This document shows positions 17,283-26,650 of a stretch of 64,000 bases of DNA, one piece after another. The DNA comes from an uncultured Bacteroidota bacterium. GTDB lineage: Bacteria; Bacteroidota; Bacteroidia; Chitinophagales; Chitinophagaceae. Below the pieces are notes generated by a model. That model was not told the DNA's origin and did no database searches. It saw nothing but the letters and a program-made list of their open reading frames with translations. Position 1 is the first letter of the stretch, and each line of letters begins with the position of its first letter. The position numbers and the translations under genes are program-made. The stretch spans positions 12,387-76,386 of the forward strand of contig CAIRZD010000279.1 in the NCBI GenBank assembly GCA_903882965.1, written 5' to 3'.

Positions 17283-17336
17283 TTTATTTTTTTTCCTTTT
17301 ATTGGTTTTGAATAAGGGTGCAAAATTCGCATTTTA

Positions 17337-17368
17337 TTATTAAAGCCCCAAATGTGGGGCTTTAATAA
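17337..17368. terminator. 14-bp perfect hairpin between rpsB and tsf
   Basis: TTATTAAAGCCCCA-AATG-TGGGGCTTTAATAA. Confidence 0.65.
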
Positions 17369-17406
17369 GGATATTGTATTGTTAATTTTAGTTTAATTCT
17401 GGGGTT

Positions 17407-18384
17407 TTAGTGTTTTACAGGGTTTGGCCTGCTTCCGCCGCCACCACGGTTACCACCTGGGCCACCGGGCCTGCTGCCTGCACCACCACGGGCTCCGCCA
17501 CCGGCGCTACCACGTCCACCACCTGGGCCACTACCACCTGGTCTGCCTGCACCTGCACCCGGACCAGCGCTTTTAGCGCGGCCACGGCCACCACGACGGC
17601 CACCTTCGCCATCTTCTTCAGTGATCTCTAATCCACGACCCCTGTTATCTGTATTATCTTCTACGTTATCTTCTTCACTTTCTTTTACCTGTGCGCGCTC
17701 CTGGAGACCTTCCAGTATTGCAGCGGTGAGGTATTGGGTAATGATAGCTATTGATTTTGTAGCATCATCATTTGCCGGTACAGGGAAATCTACCTTAGTA
17801 GGATCACTGTTAGTATCTACCATAGCAAATGTAGTGATACCAAGGCGCTTAGCCTCTGCTAAAGCAATATGCTCATGGCTGATATCCACCATAAATATAG
17901 CTGCAGGAGTACGGCCCATCTGGGATATACCGCCAAGTACTTTTTCCATCTTTTCCTTGCTGCGGGTAAGGGTCAGGCGCTCTTTTTTGGTAACGCTGTC
18001 CATAGTACCATCCTGCAACATTTTTTCGATGCTCAACATCTTCTTTACACTCTTACGGATAGTGCTGAAGTTTGTAAGCATACCACCCAGCCAACGCTCA
18101 GTAACAAAAGGCATGTTGGCCCTTGTTGCTGCTTCGGCTACGATTTCTTTAGCTTGCTTTTTAGTAGCAACAAACATGATCTTCTTACCGCTTTTTGCGA
18201 TAGATTTCAGTGCTGCAGCTGCCTCATCAAGACCTTCAATAGTTCTGTTAAGGTCTATGATATGTATACCATTCTTTTCAGCAAAAATGTATGGCAACAT
18301 CTTTGGATTCCATTTTTTCTTCAGGTGGCCGAAGTGCACGCCAGCCTCGAGGAGCTGCTGGTGTAATGTTTTATTATCTTCCAT
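17407..18384 (-). CDS. rpsB: 30S ribosomal protein S2 with a long acidic and Gly/Arg-rich tail
   Basis: LLEAGVHFGH...WNPKM, RWLGGMLTNF, VDTNSDP...PANDDA. Confidence 0.99.
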   Translation of the reverse strand: MEDNKTLHQQLLEAGVHFGHLKKKWNPKMLPYIFAEKNGIHIIDLNRTIEGLDEAAAALKSIAKSGKKIMFVATKKQAKEIVAEAATRANMPFVTERWLGGMLTNFSTIRKSVKKMLSIEKMLQDGTMDSVTKKERLTLTRSKEKMEKVLGGISQMGRTPAAIFMVDISHEHIALAEAKRLGITTFAMVDTNSDPTKVDFPVPANDDATKSIAIITQYLTAAILEGLQERAQVKESEEDNVEDNTDNRGRGLEITEEDGEGGRRGGRGRAKSAGPGAGAGRPGGSGPGGGRGSAGGGARGGAGSRPGGPGGNRGGGGSRPNPVKH

Positions 18385-18455
18385 TTGAATAATTTCTTGT
18401 TTGTTTAAAATAATTTTTACATCCCTTTGGTAAAACCCATCCAGGGATTAAGGGT

Positions 18456-18845
18456 TTAACGTTTAGAGAACTGGAAGCTACGACGAGCCTTAGCCTTACC
18501 AAATTTCTTACGCTCCACCATGCGGCTATCACGTGTCATCAGGCCTTCCTTTTTCAGGGCTGGGCGATGCTCCGGATTCACTTCGCAAAGTACACGTGCT
18601 ATAGCCATTTTAATAGCTTCAGCCTGTCCTTTCGGACCACCACCCTGTACATTTATTACAATGTCAAAAGAGCTTAGTGCGTCTATTGTTTTCAATGGCA
18701 ATTCCACTTGGTTTTGCAGGTAGATGACAGGAAAATATGCTTTATATTCTTTATCATTCACCAGTATCTTACCAGCACCTTTACTAAGGTATACGCGTGC
18801 TACAGCTTCCTTTCGGCGGCCAACGGCGTTTTTTTGTTTTTCCAT
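18456..18845 (-). CDS. rpsI: 30S ribosomal protein S9
   Basis: GRRKEAVARV, GGGPKGQAEAI, RDSRMVERKKFGKAKARRSFQFSKR. Confidence 0.99.
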   Translation of the reverse strand: MEKQKNAVGRRKEAVARVYLSKGAGKILVNDKEYKAYFPVIYLQNQVELPLKTIDALSSFDIVINVQGGGPKGQAEAIKMAIARVLCEVNPEHRPALKKEGLMTRDSRMVERKKFGKAKARRSFQFSKR

Positions 18846-18918
18846 TTTATGCTAATGGTTTTATTTTTTTTAATAAATTTTTGATTCTTTGCTTACACGA
18901 TTATGATCGTGTAGTAAT

Positions 18919-19371
18919 TTATATTCCTTTAGGAGTAAGCGTCTTTGGATTCTGTGCTTTATGCGGATGCTCTGCACCTTCATATACAAACAGCTTTTTG
19001 TACATCGCGCGTCCAAGGCGGTTCTTAGGAAGCATACCCTTTACAGCACGCTCTATCATCAGGTTAGGACGGCGGTTTTGCATATCCTTGGCCATTTCTA
19101 TTTTTTGTCCACCTGGATACATAGAATACGTCTGGTATTCTTTATCATCCATCTTAGAGCCGGTTAATATCACCTTTGATGAGTTGATAACGATCACATA
19201 ATCTCCGCAATCAAAGTGCGGTGTGAAATATGCCTTGTTCTTACCACGCAATACTGCTGCGATCTTAGAACTCATACGGCCCAGCGTCTGGTTAGTTGCG
19301 TCTACAATATGCCACTCGCGGTTTACGATCTTTTCGTTGGCAGATTGTGTTTTAAAACTTAGATGTCTCAT
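18919..19371 (-). CDS. rplM: 50S ribosomal protein L13
   Basis: WHIVDATNQTLGRMSS, LRGKNKAYFTPHFDCGDYV, AVKGMLPKNRLG, GAEHPHKAQ. Confidence 0.99.
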   Translation of the reverse strand: MRHLSFKTQSANEKIVNREWHIVDATNQTLGRMSSKIAAVLRGKNKAYFTPHFDCGDYVIVINSSKVILTGSKMDDKEYQTYSMYPGGQKIEMAKDMQNRRPNLMIERAVKGMLPKNRLGRAMYKKLFVYEGAEHPHKAQNPKTLTPKGI

Positions 19372-19414
19372 TATTAATTCAAAAATTAAAAGTTAAAAGC
19401 AAATTTTATTCTTC

Positions 19415-19472
19415 TGCGCTCAAAACAATACCCTGATATCGAACGCATTTTTTTATTGGGAGTGCAAAAGTA
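19415..19472 (-). promoter_or_regulatory. rplM promoter and candidate L13 leader stem-loop
   Basis: TACTTTTG at 19465-19472; leader stem UGCGUUC/GAGCGCA (19447-19441 with 19421-19415) enclosing a smaller stem. Confidence 0.55.
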
Positions 19473-19955
19473 AAGCCACACGATCAAAGAACCAAAAAAT
19501 TTATTAACTTTTTTTATGGTAACGTCATAACTAATTGATTATCAATAAAATTATCACCAAAAATTATTGCCTTCAGCTATTATCACCCCAAAAACCGGCT
19601 ATTATTTTGCCCGTTCATAACAAATAACCCTTTGCTGCATCTATTTATGGATATTATCAATATAAATTAAATCGCAAATTACGTCTGATCAAGCACTTTT
19701 ATCACATATATCAGTAGCTGTGGAATAATAATTATAAATAATTATTTTTAATCGTAAATAATTGGAAATTAATAAAATAGTAAACAAATTGGCACGAAAA
19801 TGCCCCAAGATTAAAAAATTGTTAAGAAAATTTCACAGAAAAGTTTGTTAATTCGGAATGTTATAATAATTTCACCCTTGTTTTCACCCCCTTTGGGTTA
19901 AACACAATAAAAAGATAAAGCCATAATAAATAATTTTTCAGCGCAATTAAAAAAA

Positions 19956-22900
19956 ATGAGTATGAAAAGAATTCTGTTACTATTTGCATTATTACTTGTT
20001 GTTGGGGCAAAGGTATTCGCCCAGACACACGTTGTTACCGGAAAAATAACGGATGAAAACGGCCAGGGGTATCCCGGTGCGGGCATCACTATTAAAGGTA
20101 CGCAGTTAGGTACTGTTACGGATGTCAACGGTGATTTTTCGCTCGACGTTCCGGATGCTAATCATCAATTAATAATACAGGCTGTAGGTTATGCCACACA
20201 AACAGTTACTGAAAGTGGCGCTCCGGTTATGGTAAAGCTTACGCCTACCGCCAAACAACTGGAAGGTGCAGTTGTAACTGCCCTTGGTGTAAAAAGGGAA
20301 AAAAGGGAATTAGGATATAGCACTACAACTGTAGACGCTGAAGACCTTACCGCTGGTCAGAATACCAGCGCTATATCAGGACTTGCAGGTAAAGTTGCCG
20401 GTGCTAACATCAGCAGTACTACAGGAGGCCCTGGCGGTGATGTGCGTATAGTACTGAGGGGTGAAAAATCAATATCAAAAGATAACAATGCCCTTATAAT
20501 AATAGATGGGGTGATCATGAATAACTATGATCGTACTTCCGATCCAAGCTCTTTGGCTCAAATTGATTTTGGTAACTCTGCCAATGATCTTGATCCGGAT
20601 GAGATCGAATCAATAACTGTACTCGAAGGGCCTGCCGCCGCAGCGCTTTACGGTGCAGCCGGTGCTAATGGTGCCCTTATGATCACCACAAAAGCCGGTA
20701 AACATACAGGAACTAAGAAAGGCAAAATGGACGTTACTTTTAAAACTACATATACCTTATCTGATGTTTTGAAATATCCCGAATACCAAACTCAATTTGG
20801 CCAGGGCGCACCCGGTGTTACTGACGACCGTCCTGATAACTTTAGCTGGGGCCCGAAATTTGATGGGCAGTTAGCTCCTTGGGGTCAGATCATTGATGGC
20901 AAGCAGCAGGTAAAACCGTACTCTGCCATTTCTTCTACACCAATGAATCAGTTCTTTAACCGTGGCACTAACCTTACTAATTTCGTATCGCTTTCAGGCG
21001 GTACTGAAACATCTACTTACTACCTTTCTTTGAATTCGTTAAACAGCGCCGGTATCATACCTAATACAGGCAATAATAAGTATAGCATCCGTTTCAATGG
21101 CCATACTGATCTGACTAATAACTTCTATTCTGATATCAATGTAAATTACATCAGTTCTAATTCACGCGCTGCTGCACAAGGGCAATCCACCGGTGGTATC
21201 ATGCAGAGTTTGCTGCAAGTACCGGTAGATATTCCAATAGGTCCGCTGAAGAATCTGAACAATAAGTTTAATTCTATGGATTTCCTTGATTCGACAGGTA
21301 CTCATAGGTTTGGTTATTTTGGCGACTTTGCCGCAAATCCATATTGGATGGCACAGAACTATGTCAACACAAATAAAACAGACAAGGTATTGGGCGATTT
21401 GAAACTGGGTTATAAAAAAGGCGATTTTAATGTTTACGATCGTGTAGGTTTGGATATGTCAGACGACCGCTCATCATACGAAACGCCTTATCTCAACGCA
21501 CAACCTGTTGACCAGACATCATACTACCCCAGCTTTCCTTATACTAATTATCCTGGTGGCTACCAGCAGAATTTATATACTGGTGTTCGTTTTTATAACG
21601 ACCTCATAGGAAATTATGCACATTCCTTAAGCGATAATTTTGGTATTAATGCTACAATAGGTAACAGTACAATACTTTCCAATGACGAAAGCCTTATTTC
21701 TACCATCAACCCAAAGACCAATGGCCTCGTGATTCCCGGCTTTTATAATTTCACCAATAACACAGGCCCTGTAACTGTTAATAACTATTTGACCCAATAT
21801 CGCACACAGGCTATATATGCTGATTTAAGATTTAATTTCCAGAAAGAATTGTTCTTGGAGCTTACAGGCCGTAACGAATGGTCTTCTACACTGGCTGCCT
21901 CTAACAACTCTTATTTCTACCCGGGCGCTAATGCTTCTTGGGTATTTACAGAGCGCATAAAGGATGCCAACTTTAAGAAAATACTTAATTATGGTAAAGT
22001 GCGTATAGGTACTGCCGGTGTAAGCCGTGATGCCATCGCTTATAAAAACAACCCTGCATTGTATTCACAGGGGCCAATAAGCAGCGGCTTTGGAACCATC
22101 CAGCCCCCCTTTAATGCAGTTCCTGCATACCAGATTCAATCTTCGTTTGGCGATCCTAACTTGAAACCCGAATTAACACGTGAGTATGAGTTTGGTACAG
22201 ATCTTTCATTCTTAAAAGACCGGTTAACATTATCATTCACTTACTACAACGACCTTACTCATCAGCTTATCACAGATGTGCCTGTTCCGCCATCTTCAGG
22301 CTACCTGAGCAACACCATCAATTTGGGTGATGTGCGCAATAGTGGGGAAGAATTGTCCATCAAGGGAACACCAATATCCACCAAGTGGGGTTTGAAATGG
22401 GACCTTTACGGCACATACACGCACAATGTTAATAACGTAGAAAGTCTTTCAGGTGGTGTTTCGCAGATTACAATAGGTGGTTTTAGCGGAATGGGCATAG
22501 TAGCGGCTGTCGGTCACCCTATGGGTACATTTTACGCTGCCGATATTAGCTATGAGCACGATGCTACTGGTTGGCATCCTATCATTGACCCTGCGTCTGG
22601 TTTACCTGTACCTACCGCAAAACCTGTATTGCGCGGTTCATACCAGCCAAAATTCATAGCTTCATGGGGTAGTGATCTTACTTACAAAGGATTTAAGCTC
22701 CACTTCCTGTTTACAACAAAACAAGGCGGGCAATACTATAGCCAGAATAAGTCATTGATGGATTTCACAGGTGCTTCCGTTGAGTCTGCTGCTGGCAACC
22801 GTACTAACGCTTACTGGCCAAACTCTGTTTATGTTCAGACCGGAACCGGTACAAGTACCACACCTGCTGTATATGTAACAAATAATGCTGCTAACAGCGG

Positions 22901-23228
22901 TACTAAATATGTACCATACAATTATTGGGTTACACAGGTTGGGCAAAATAACCTCCCTGCTCAAAACCTGGTTGATGCTAGTTATGTCAGGTTACAGGAA
23001 GCTGCTCTGGGGTATAAAATACCATCCAGGTATTATTCAAGGTCTCCTTTTGGCGCACTTGAGGCAGGTGTTTTTGGTAACAACCTGATCCTCTGGACAC
23101 CTAAGAGCAACAAATATGATGATCCGGAAGAAAATACATCCGGTGCTACATCAAACGGTCAAGGATTTAATTTCAGCGCCACTCCATCTGTAAGGAATTA
23201 TGGCTTTTACATAAAAGCTAATTTCTAA
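19956..23228 (+). CDS. SusC/RagA family TonB-dependent outer membrane transporter
   Basis: CarboxypepD-like N-terminus, VVTALGVKREKRELGYS, LIIIDGV, DPDEIESITVLEGPAAAALYG, NLKPELTREYE, C-terminal Phe. Confidence 0.97.
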   Translation: MSMKRILLLFALLLVVGAKVFAQTHVVTGKITDENGQGYPGAGITIKGTQLGTVTDVNGDFSLDVPDANHQLIIQAVGYATQTVTESGAPVMVKLTPTAKQLEGAVVTALGVKREKRELGYSTTTVDAEDLTAGQNTSAISGLAGKVAGANISSTTGGPGGDVRIVLRGEKSISKDNNALIIIDGVIMNNYDRTSDPSSLAQIDFGNSANDLDPDEIESITVLEGPAAAALYGAAGANGALMITTKAGKHTGTKKGKMDVTFKTTYTLSDVLKYPEYQTQFGQGAPGVTDDRPDNFSWGPKFDGQLAPWGQIIDGKQQVKPYSAISSTPMNQFFNRGTNLTNFVSLSGGTETSTYYLSLNSLNSAGIIPNTGNNKYSIRFNGHTDLTNNFYSDINVNYISSNSRAAAQGQSTGGIMQSLLQVPVDIPIGPLKNLNNKFNSMDFLDSTGTHRFGYFGDFAANPYWMAQNYVNTNKTDKVLGDLKLGYKKGDFNVYDRVGLDMSDDRSSYETPYLNAQPVDQTSYYPSFPYTNYPGGYQQNLYTGVRFYNDLIGNYAHSLSDNFGINATIGNSTILSNDESLISTINPKTNGLVIPGFYNFTNNTGPVTVNNYLTQYRTQAIYADLRFNFQKELFLELTGRNEWSSTLAASNNSYFYPGANASWVFTERIKDANFKKILNYGKVRIGTAGVSRDAIAYKNNPALYSQGPISSGFGTIQPPFNAVPAYQIQSSFGDPNLKPELTREYEFGTDLSFLKDRLTLSFTYYNDLTHQLITDVPVPPSSGYLSNTINLGDVRNSGEELSIKGTPISTKWGLKWDLYGTYTHNVNNVESLSGGVSQITIGGFSGMGIVAAVGHPMGTFYAADISYEHDATGWHPIIDPASGLPVPTAKPVLRGSYQPKFIASWGSDLTYKGFKLHFLFTTKQGGQYYSQNKSLMDFTGASVESAAGNRTNAYWPNSVYVQTGTGTSTTPAVYVTNNAANSGTKYVPYNYWVTQVGQNNLPAQNLVDASYVRLQEAALGYKIPSRYYSRSPFGALEAGVFGNNLILWTPKSNKYDDPEENTSGATSNGQGFNFSATPSVRNYGFYIKANF

Positions 23229-23247
23229 ACTTTTTAAAATTGTTATT

Positions 23248-24840
23248 ATGTCAATAAATAAAAAAATATTAGTTGCAAGTTTTATAGCAGTCTTGCTTGG
23301 GGCATCGTCCTGCAAGAAATACCTGAATGTAAATACCAACCCGAACTATGCACAGGTAGCTACTGTTAAGACGTTGTTGCCTGCGGCAGAATTATACGTA
23401 GGCACTGGCCTCGGTGTTGATCTGCAAGTTGCAGGTAACTTTTATGCCCAGTTCTGGACACAAAGCCCTGGTGCCAGTCAATTCCACAACTTCGACCAGT
23501 ATGCACCCGGTCAGGATGCATCTTCGTATGGCTGGACCAACTTATATAATGCCGAAGAGAATCTCTATCAGCTATACAAACTGGCCGATTCTCAAAAGAA
23601 TACGCAATACATGGCTATTGCGCTGCTGATGCAGGCATATACTTTCCAGCTCATTACAGATGGTTGGGGCGATGCGCCATGCAAGGAAGCATTGAAAGGG
23701 CAATATACTGATGGGCATCTGGTAAATCCTCATTATGACCCGCAGGATTCTATATATACTACTATATTGGCGCTTATCGACTCTGCGAATAAGTTGATTA
23801 ATCCTAATGCCCCCATACTACCGGGTACCGACGACCTCATTTACGGGGCAGCTGCCGCAACCAATCAAGTTAATATTATGACTTATTGGCAGAATTTTTC
23901 AAATACATTGGCGCTTAAGGTTTATTTGCGTATGAGCCAGGTTGCTCCCGGTACAGCTGCCGCTGGCATTGCTGCCTTGTATGCTAACCCCATCACTTCC
24001 ACATTTATAGGTAGCGCCGCCGGCGATTCGGCATGCATTGCCTATGGATTTAATTCCGCTAACAATAATCCGCTCTATGCCGATGAATTAGGCCTGACCG
24101 GTACTCGTAACTTTGTTGGCAGTGCCAGTTGTCTCGATACAATGAGCGTAGAGAACGACCCGAGGTTATGGGTATTTTATCAGCCGATTTCAGGAGCTAA
24201 TTTCGTAGGTCTTCAGCAGGGATTATACAATGGGATTCCTTACACAGGCTATTCTTACCCTACTGCTTACGTAGCAGGTGATGGTCAAAATTCAGCATCA
24301 GGCAAAGCTCCGGTTAACCTAATTACTAACTATGAAAGCTTCTTCCTTCAGGCCGAAGCTGTTGCTCGTGGTTGGGCTCCTGCTACTGTTTCAGATATGT
24401 CTTTGTTTTATAATGGTATTCAGGCTAGCTTCAATTATTATAGTGCAGGTTTAAATGCCACATATGTTGCATATTATGGTGGGACAGCAACTTCCACTGT
24501 CGATAGTGATTATTTAACACAAGCTACCGGCTCTATGGCTAATGCACCGCTTTGGGCGCAATATCCTGCTGCAGGTACCGTTCAGCAAAAAGTACAATAC
24601 ATCATTACCCAAAAATGGTTTGCTATGTGCGGTAATCAGGGTTTTGAAGCATGGAGTGAGTGGCGCCGTACCGGTTACCCTTCTTGGTTTACTTATTCCG
24701 TATCTACTATCATCGGAAATACGTTCCCTAAAAGGTTATTATACCCAACTTCAGAAAGCACAGTTAACTCAAATTATCCTGGCCTCGCACCGCTCACAAG
24801 CAGGGTTTGGTGGGATGTTACTGCAGCTACTGACCATTGA
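23248..24840 (+). CDS. SusD/RagB family lipoprotein
   Basis: Lipobox ASSC, NTNPN, ITDGWGDAP, IITQKWFAM...FEAWSEWRRTGYP, RLLYPTSE, RVWWD. Confidence 0.96.
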   Translation: MSINKKILVASFIAVLLGASSCKKYLNVNTNPNYAQVATVKTLLPAAELYVGTGLGVDLQVAGNFYAQFWTQSPGASQFHNFDQYAPGQDASSYGWTNLYNAEENLYQLYKLADSQKNTQYMAIALLMQAYTFQLITDGWGDAPCKEALKGQYTDGHLVNPHYDPQDSIYTTILALIDSANKLINPNAPILPGTDDLIYGAAAATNQVNIMTYWQNFSNTLALKVYLRMSQVAPGTAAAGIAALYANPITSTFIGSAAGDSACIAYGFNSANNNPLYADELGLTGTRNFVGSASCLDTMSVENDPRLWVFYQPISGANFVGLQQGLYNGIPYTGYSYPTAYVAGDGQNSASGKAPVNLITNYESFFLQAEAVARGWAPATVSDMSLFYNGIQASFNYYSAGLNATYVAYYGGTATSTVDSDYLTQATGSMANAPLWAQYPAAGTVQQKVQYIITQKWFAMCGNQGFEAWSEWRRTGYPSWFTYSVSTIIGNTFPKRLLYPTSESTVNSNYPGLAPLTSRVWWDVTAATDH

Positions 24841-24877
24841 TTCAATATACAATACATAACTTATAAATATTTATAAA

Positions 24878-25528
24878 ATGAAAAGAATATTAATATTGTC
24901 GGTTCTCTTGGTGGTTTTCGCTGCTTCCTGTAAAAAAGACCAAGGCGACCCATCAACACCTCGCACGGTTTCTTATCCTACAATTACATTGACAGGTGCT
25001 CAGTATTACAGCATCGCTGTAAATGGCGCATTGCCCAGCATTGCAGCTACAGCTTATGATTCATTCTATAATGAAGTTTGTCCTGTATTGCTCGATCTCA
25101 GTACACTCGACAATACCACAGCTGGCCTCTATGCAGTTACTGCTTCTGCAAAGAATAAATATGGCATGACCTCGTATCAAACAGTTTATGTCGGTGTAAC
25201 CAATGAGCCATCTACCCTGGATATTTCCGGTGTATATTGGAGATTGGCAACATCTACACGCGTCTCAAACATATCTAAAGTAGCTACCGGTATGTTCCTC
25301 ACCGATAACGTAGGTGGCGTTGATATAGTTTCACAGGCAGGTAGTGTGGTTTCTGCCGTTTTTGTTGTAACCAGCGATACTACCCTCGATTTCGGTTCAC
25401 AGCTTACCAGTGCAGGTACACTTACAGCATCAAGCGAAACGCTTAGCCTCGCTACGCCTGTCACGATTAATTATGCACTTAACCTTTCCGGCTTCGGCAC
25501 ATCGGTTCGTACTTTCGTAAAACAATAA
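24878..25528 (+). CDS. SusCD-associated lipoprotein with an Ig-like (DUF5011-like) N-terminal domain
   Basis: Lipobox AASC, YPTITLTG...LDNTTAGLYAVTASAKN; third gene of the unit. Confidence 0.75.
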   Translation: MKRILILSVLLVVFAASCKKDQGDPSTPRTVSYPTITLTGAQYYSIAVNGALPSIAATAYDSFYNEVCPVLLDLSTLDNTTAGLYAVTASAKNKYGMTSYQTVYVGVTNEPSTLDISGVYWRLATSTRVSNISKVATGMFLTDNVGGVDIVSQAGSVVSAVFVVTSDTTLDFGSQLTSAGTLTASSETLSLATPVTINYALNLSGFGTSVRTFVKQ

Positions 25529-25548
25529 TAATCAGTATCAAGATATAG

Positions 25549-25583
25549 ACTCCCTGCAATCGATATTGCAGGGAGTTTTTTAT
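25549..25583 (+). terminator. Terminator of the susCD unit
   Basis: ACTCCCTGCAAT-CGAT-ATTGCAGGGAGT followed by a T-run. Confidence 0.85.
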
Positions 25584-25760
25584 TCCTCTTTCATTACAGT
25601 TTTTTGAGATCTGCTTTTGGAATAAAATCAAAGCAAATCAATACCTGTATCACTCGTTTTTACCCGTGAACTAAGAATTTCTGAAATAATTACCATAAAT
25701 CGCTTTTTTAACAAATTTTCCATTTCACTACCATTATATTTGCGCACTAATTATTGCTTT

Positions 25761-26489
25761 ATGCGAAAGATACTTGCCGTACTGGCATTATTAATGATAT
25801 CCCATACGCTTTTACTGGCGCAGGATGATAAAATGAACAGCAATGCTGTGCCACCACCCATCGTTAAGCCCTCAAGGGATTTTATCATGCTGCAGCTCAA
25901 TTATGTTAACTGGATCAAAAAACCGGATAGTATAAAAACCAAACCATTCGGTTATGGCTTCAATGGTTTCCTTTGCTACGATTTCCCTATTAAAAGATCC
26001 AAACTCAGCTTTGCTGCCGGTTTAGGAATAAACGTATCAGTAGTATACCTCGATCTCCAGCGCATAGCAAATACAGATACTTCCAGTCCATTCCAGCAGG
26101 CAGCACGCTTTGTCCCTGATCCTGCCAATGATTCGGAAAGCTTTAAAAGATACAAATTTGTTACTACCTACTTACAAGCCCCTTTTGAGCTGCGTTACTT
26201 CAGTAATTCACAAAACAGGAACAAAGGCTTCAAAGCCGCTATCGGCATGCAGATAGGTACACTACTTGGCGCTGATACAAAAGGCGTTACATCTGTAGGA
26301 TCCACTAAAATTAAAGAGAAGATCGATACTAAAAGATACGTAAGCCCCTGGAATTTTGCAGCTACTGCACGTGTAGGTTATGGTAATTTTTCGCTTTTCG
26401 CTTCTTACAACCTTACAAATGTCTTTAAACAAAACGCCGGGCCACCCATCACGCCTGCAGCTATCGGCATTTGCTTAACAGGGTTATAA
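25761..26489 (+). CDS. Outer membrane beta-barrel protein (PorT-like)
   Basis: TATATTTG box at 25735-25742; signal peptide; YLQAPFELRYF, ARVGYGNFSLFASYNLT...GICLTGL. Confidence 0.8.
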   Translation: MRKILAVLALLMISHTLLLAQDDKMNSNAVPPPIVKPSRDFIMLQLNYVNWIKKPDSIKTKPFGYGFNGFLCYDFPIKRSKLSFAAGLGINVSVVYLDLQRIANTDTSSPFQQAARFVPDPANDSESFKRYKFVTTYLQAPFELRYFSNSQNRNKGFKAAIGMQIGTLLGADTKGVTSVGSTKIKEKIDTKRYVSPWNFAATARVGYGNFSLFASYNLTNVFKQNAGPPITPAAIGICLTGL

Positions 26490-26553
26490 AGTTCTGATCA
26501 ATCAATTGGCAATAATCAGGTATACCCCTGATAAAATGATCTGTATCTCAAAT

Positions 26554-26650
26554 AAAAAAGAGTGCCTCAACAGGCACTCTTCGGAAATCTAATTTATTGC
26601 CCTTTCCTTTCTTAAATTTCCATCAAACACACACACTTCGGAAGGGCATA
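26554..26650 (-). ncRNA. Candidate small RNA with a sigma54-like promoter and intrinsic terminator
   Basis: TTGGCATGGGTTTTGGA at 26675-26659; 5' stem UGCCCUUCC/GGAAAGGGCA; GUGUGUGUGUUUG in the loop; terminator AAGAGTGCCT/AGGCACTCTT plus U6. Confidence 0.5.

Noticed and set aside
17621-18388. 255-aa plus-strand ORF and other long antisense ORFs over pnp, carB, gyrB, scoB and the transketolase gene
   Set aside because: These are shadow frames of conserved genes with no recognisable motifs.
19789-19805. sigma54 promoter upstream of susC (TTGGCACGAAAATGC)
   Set aside because: The GG-to-GC spacing is 9 nt rather than the required 10.
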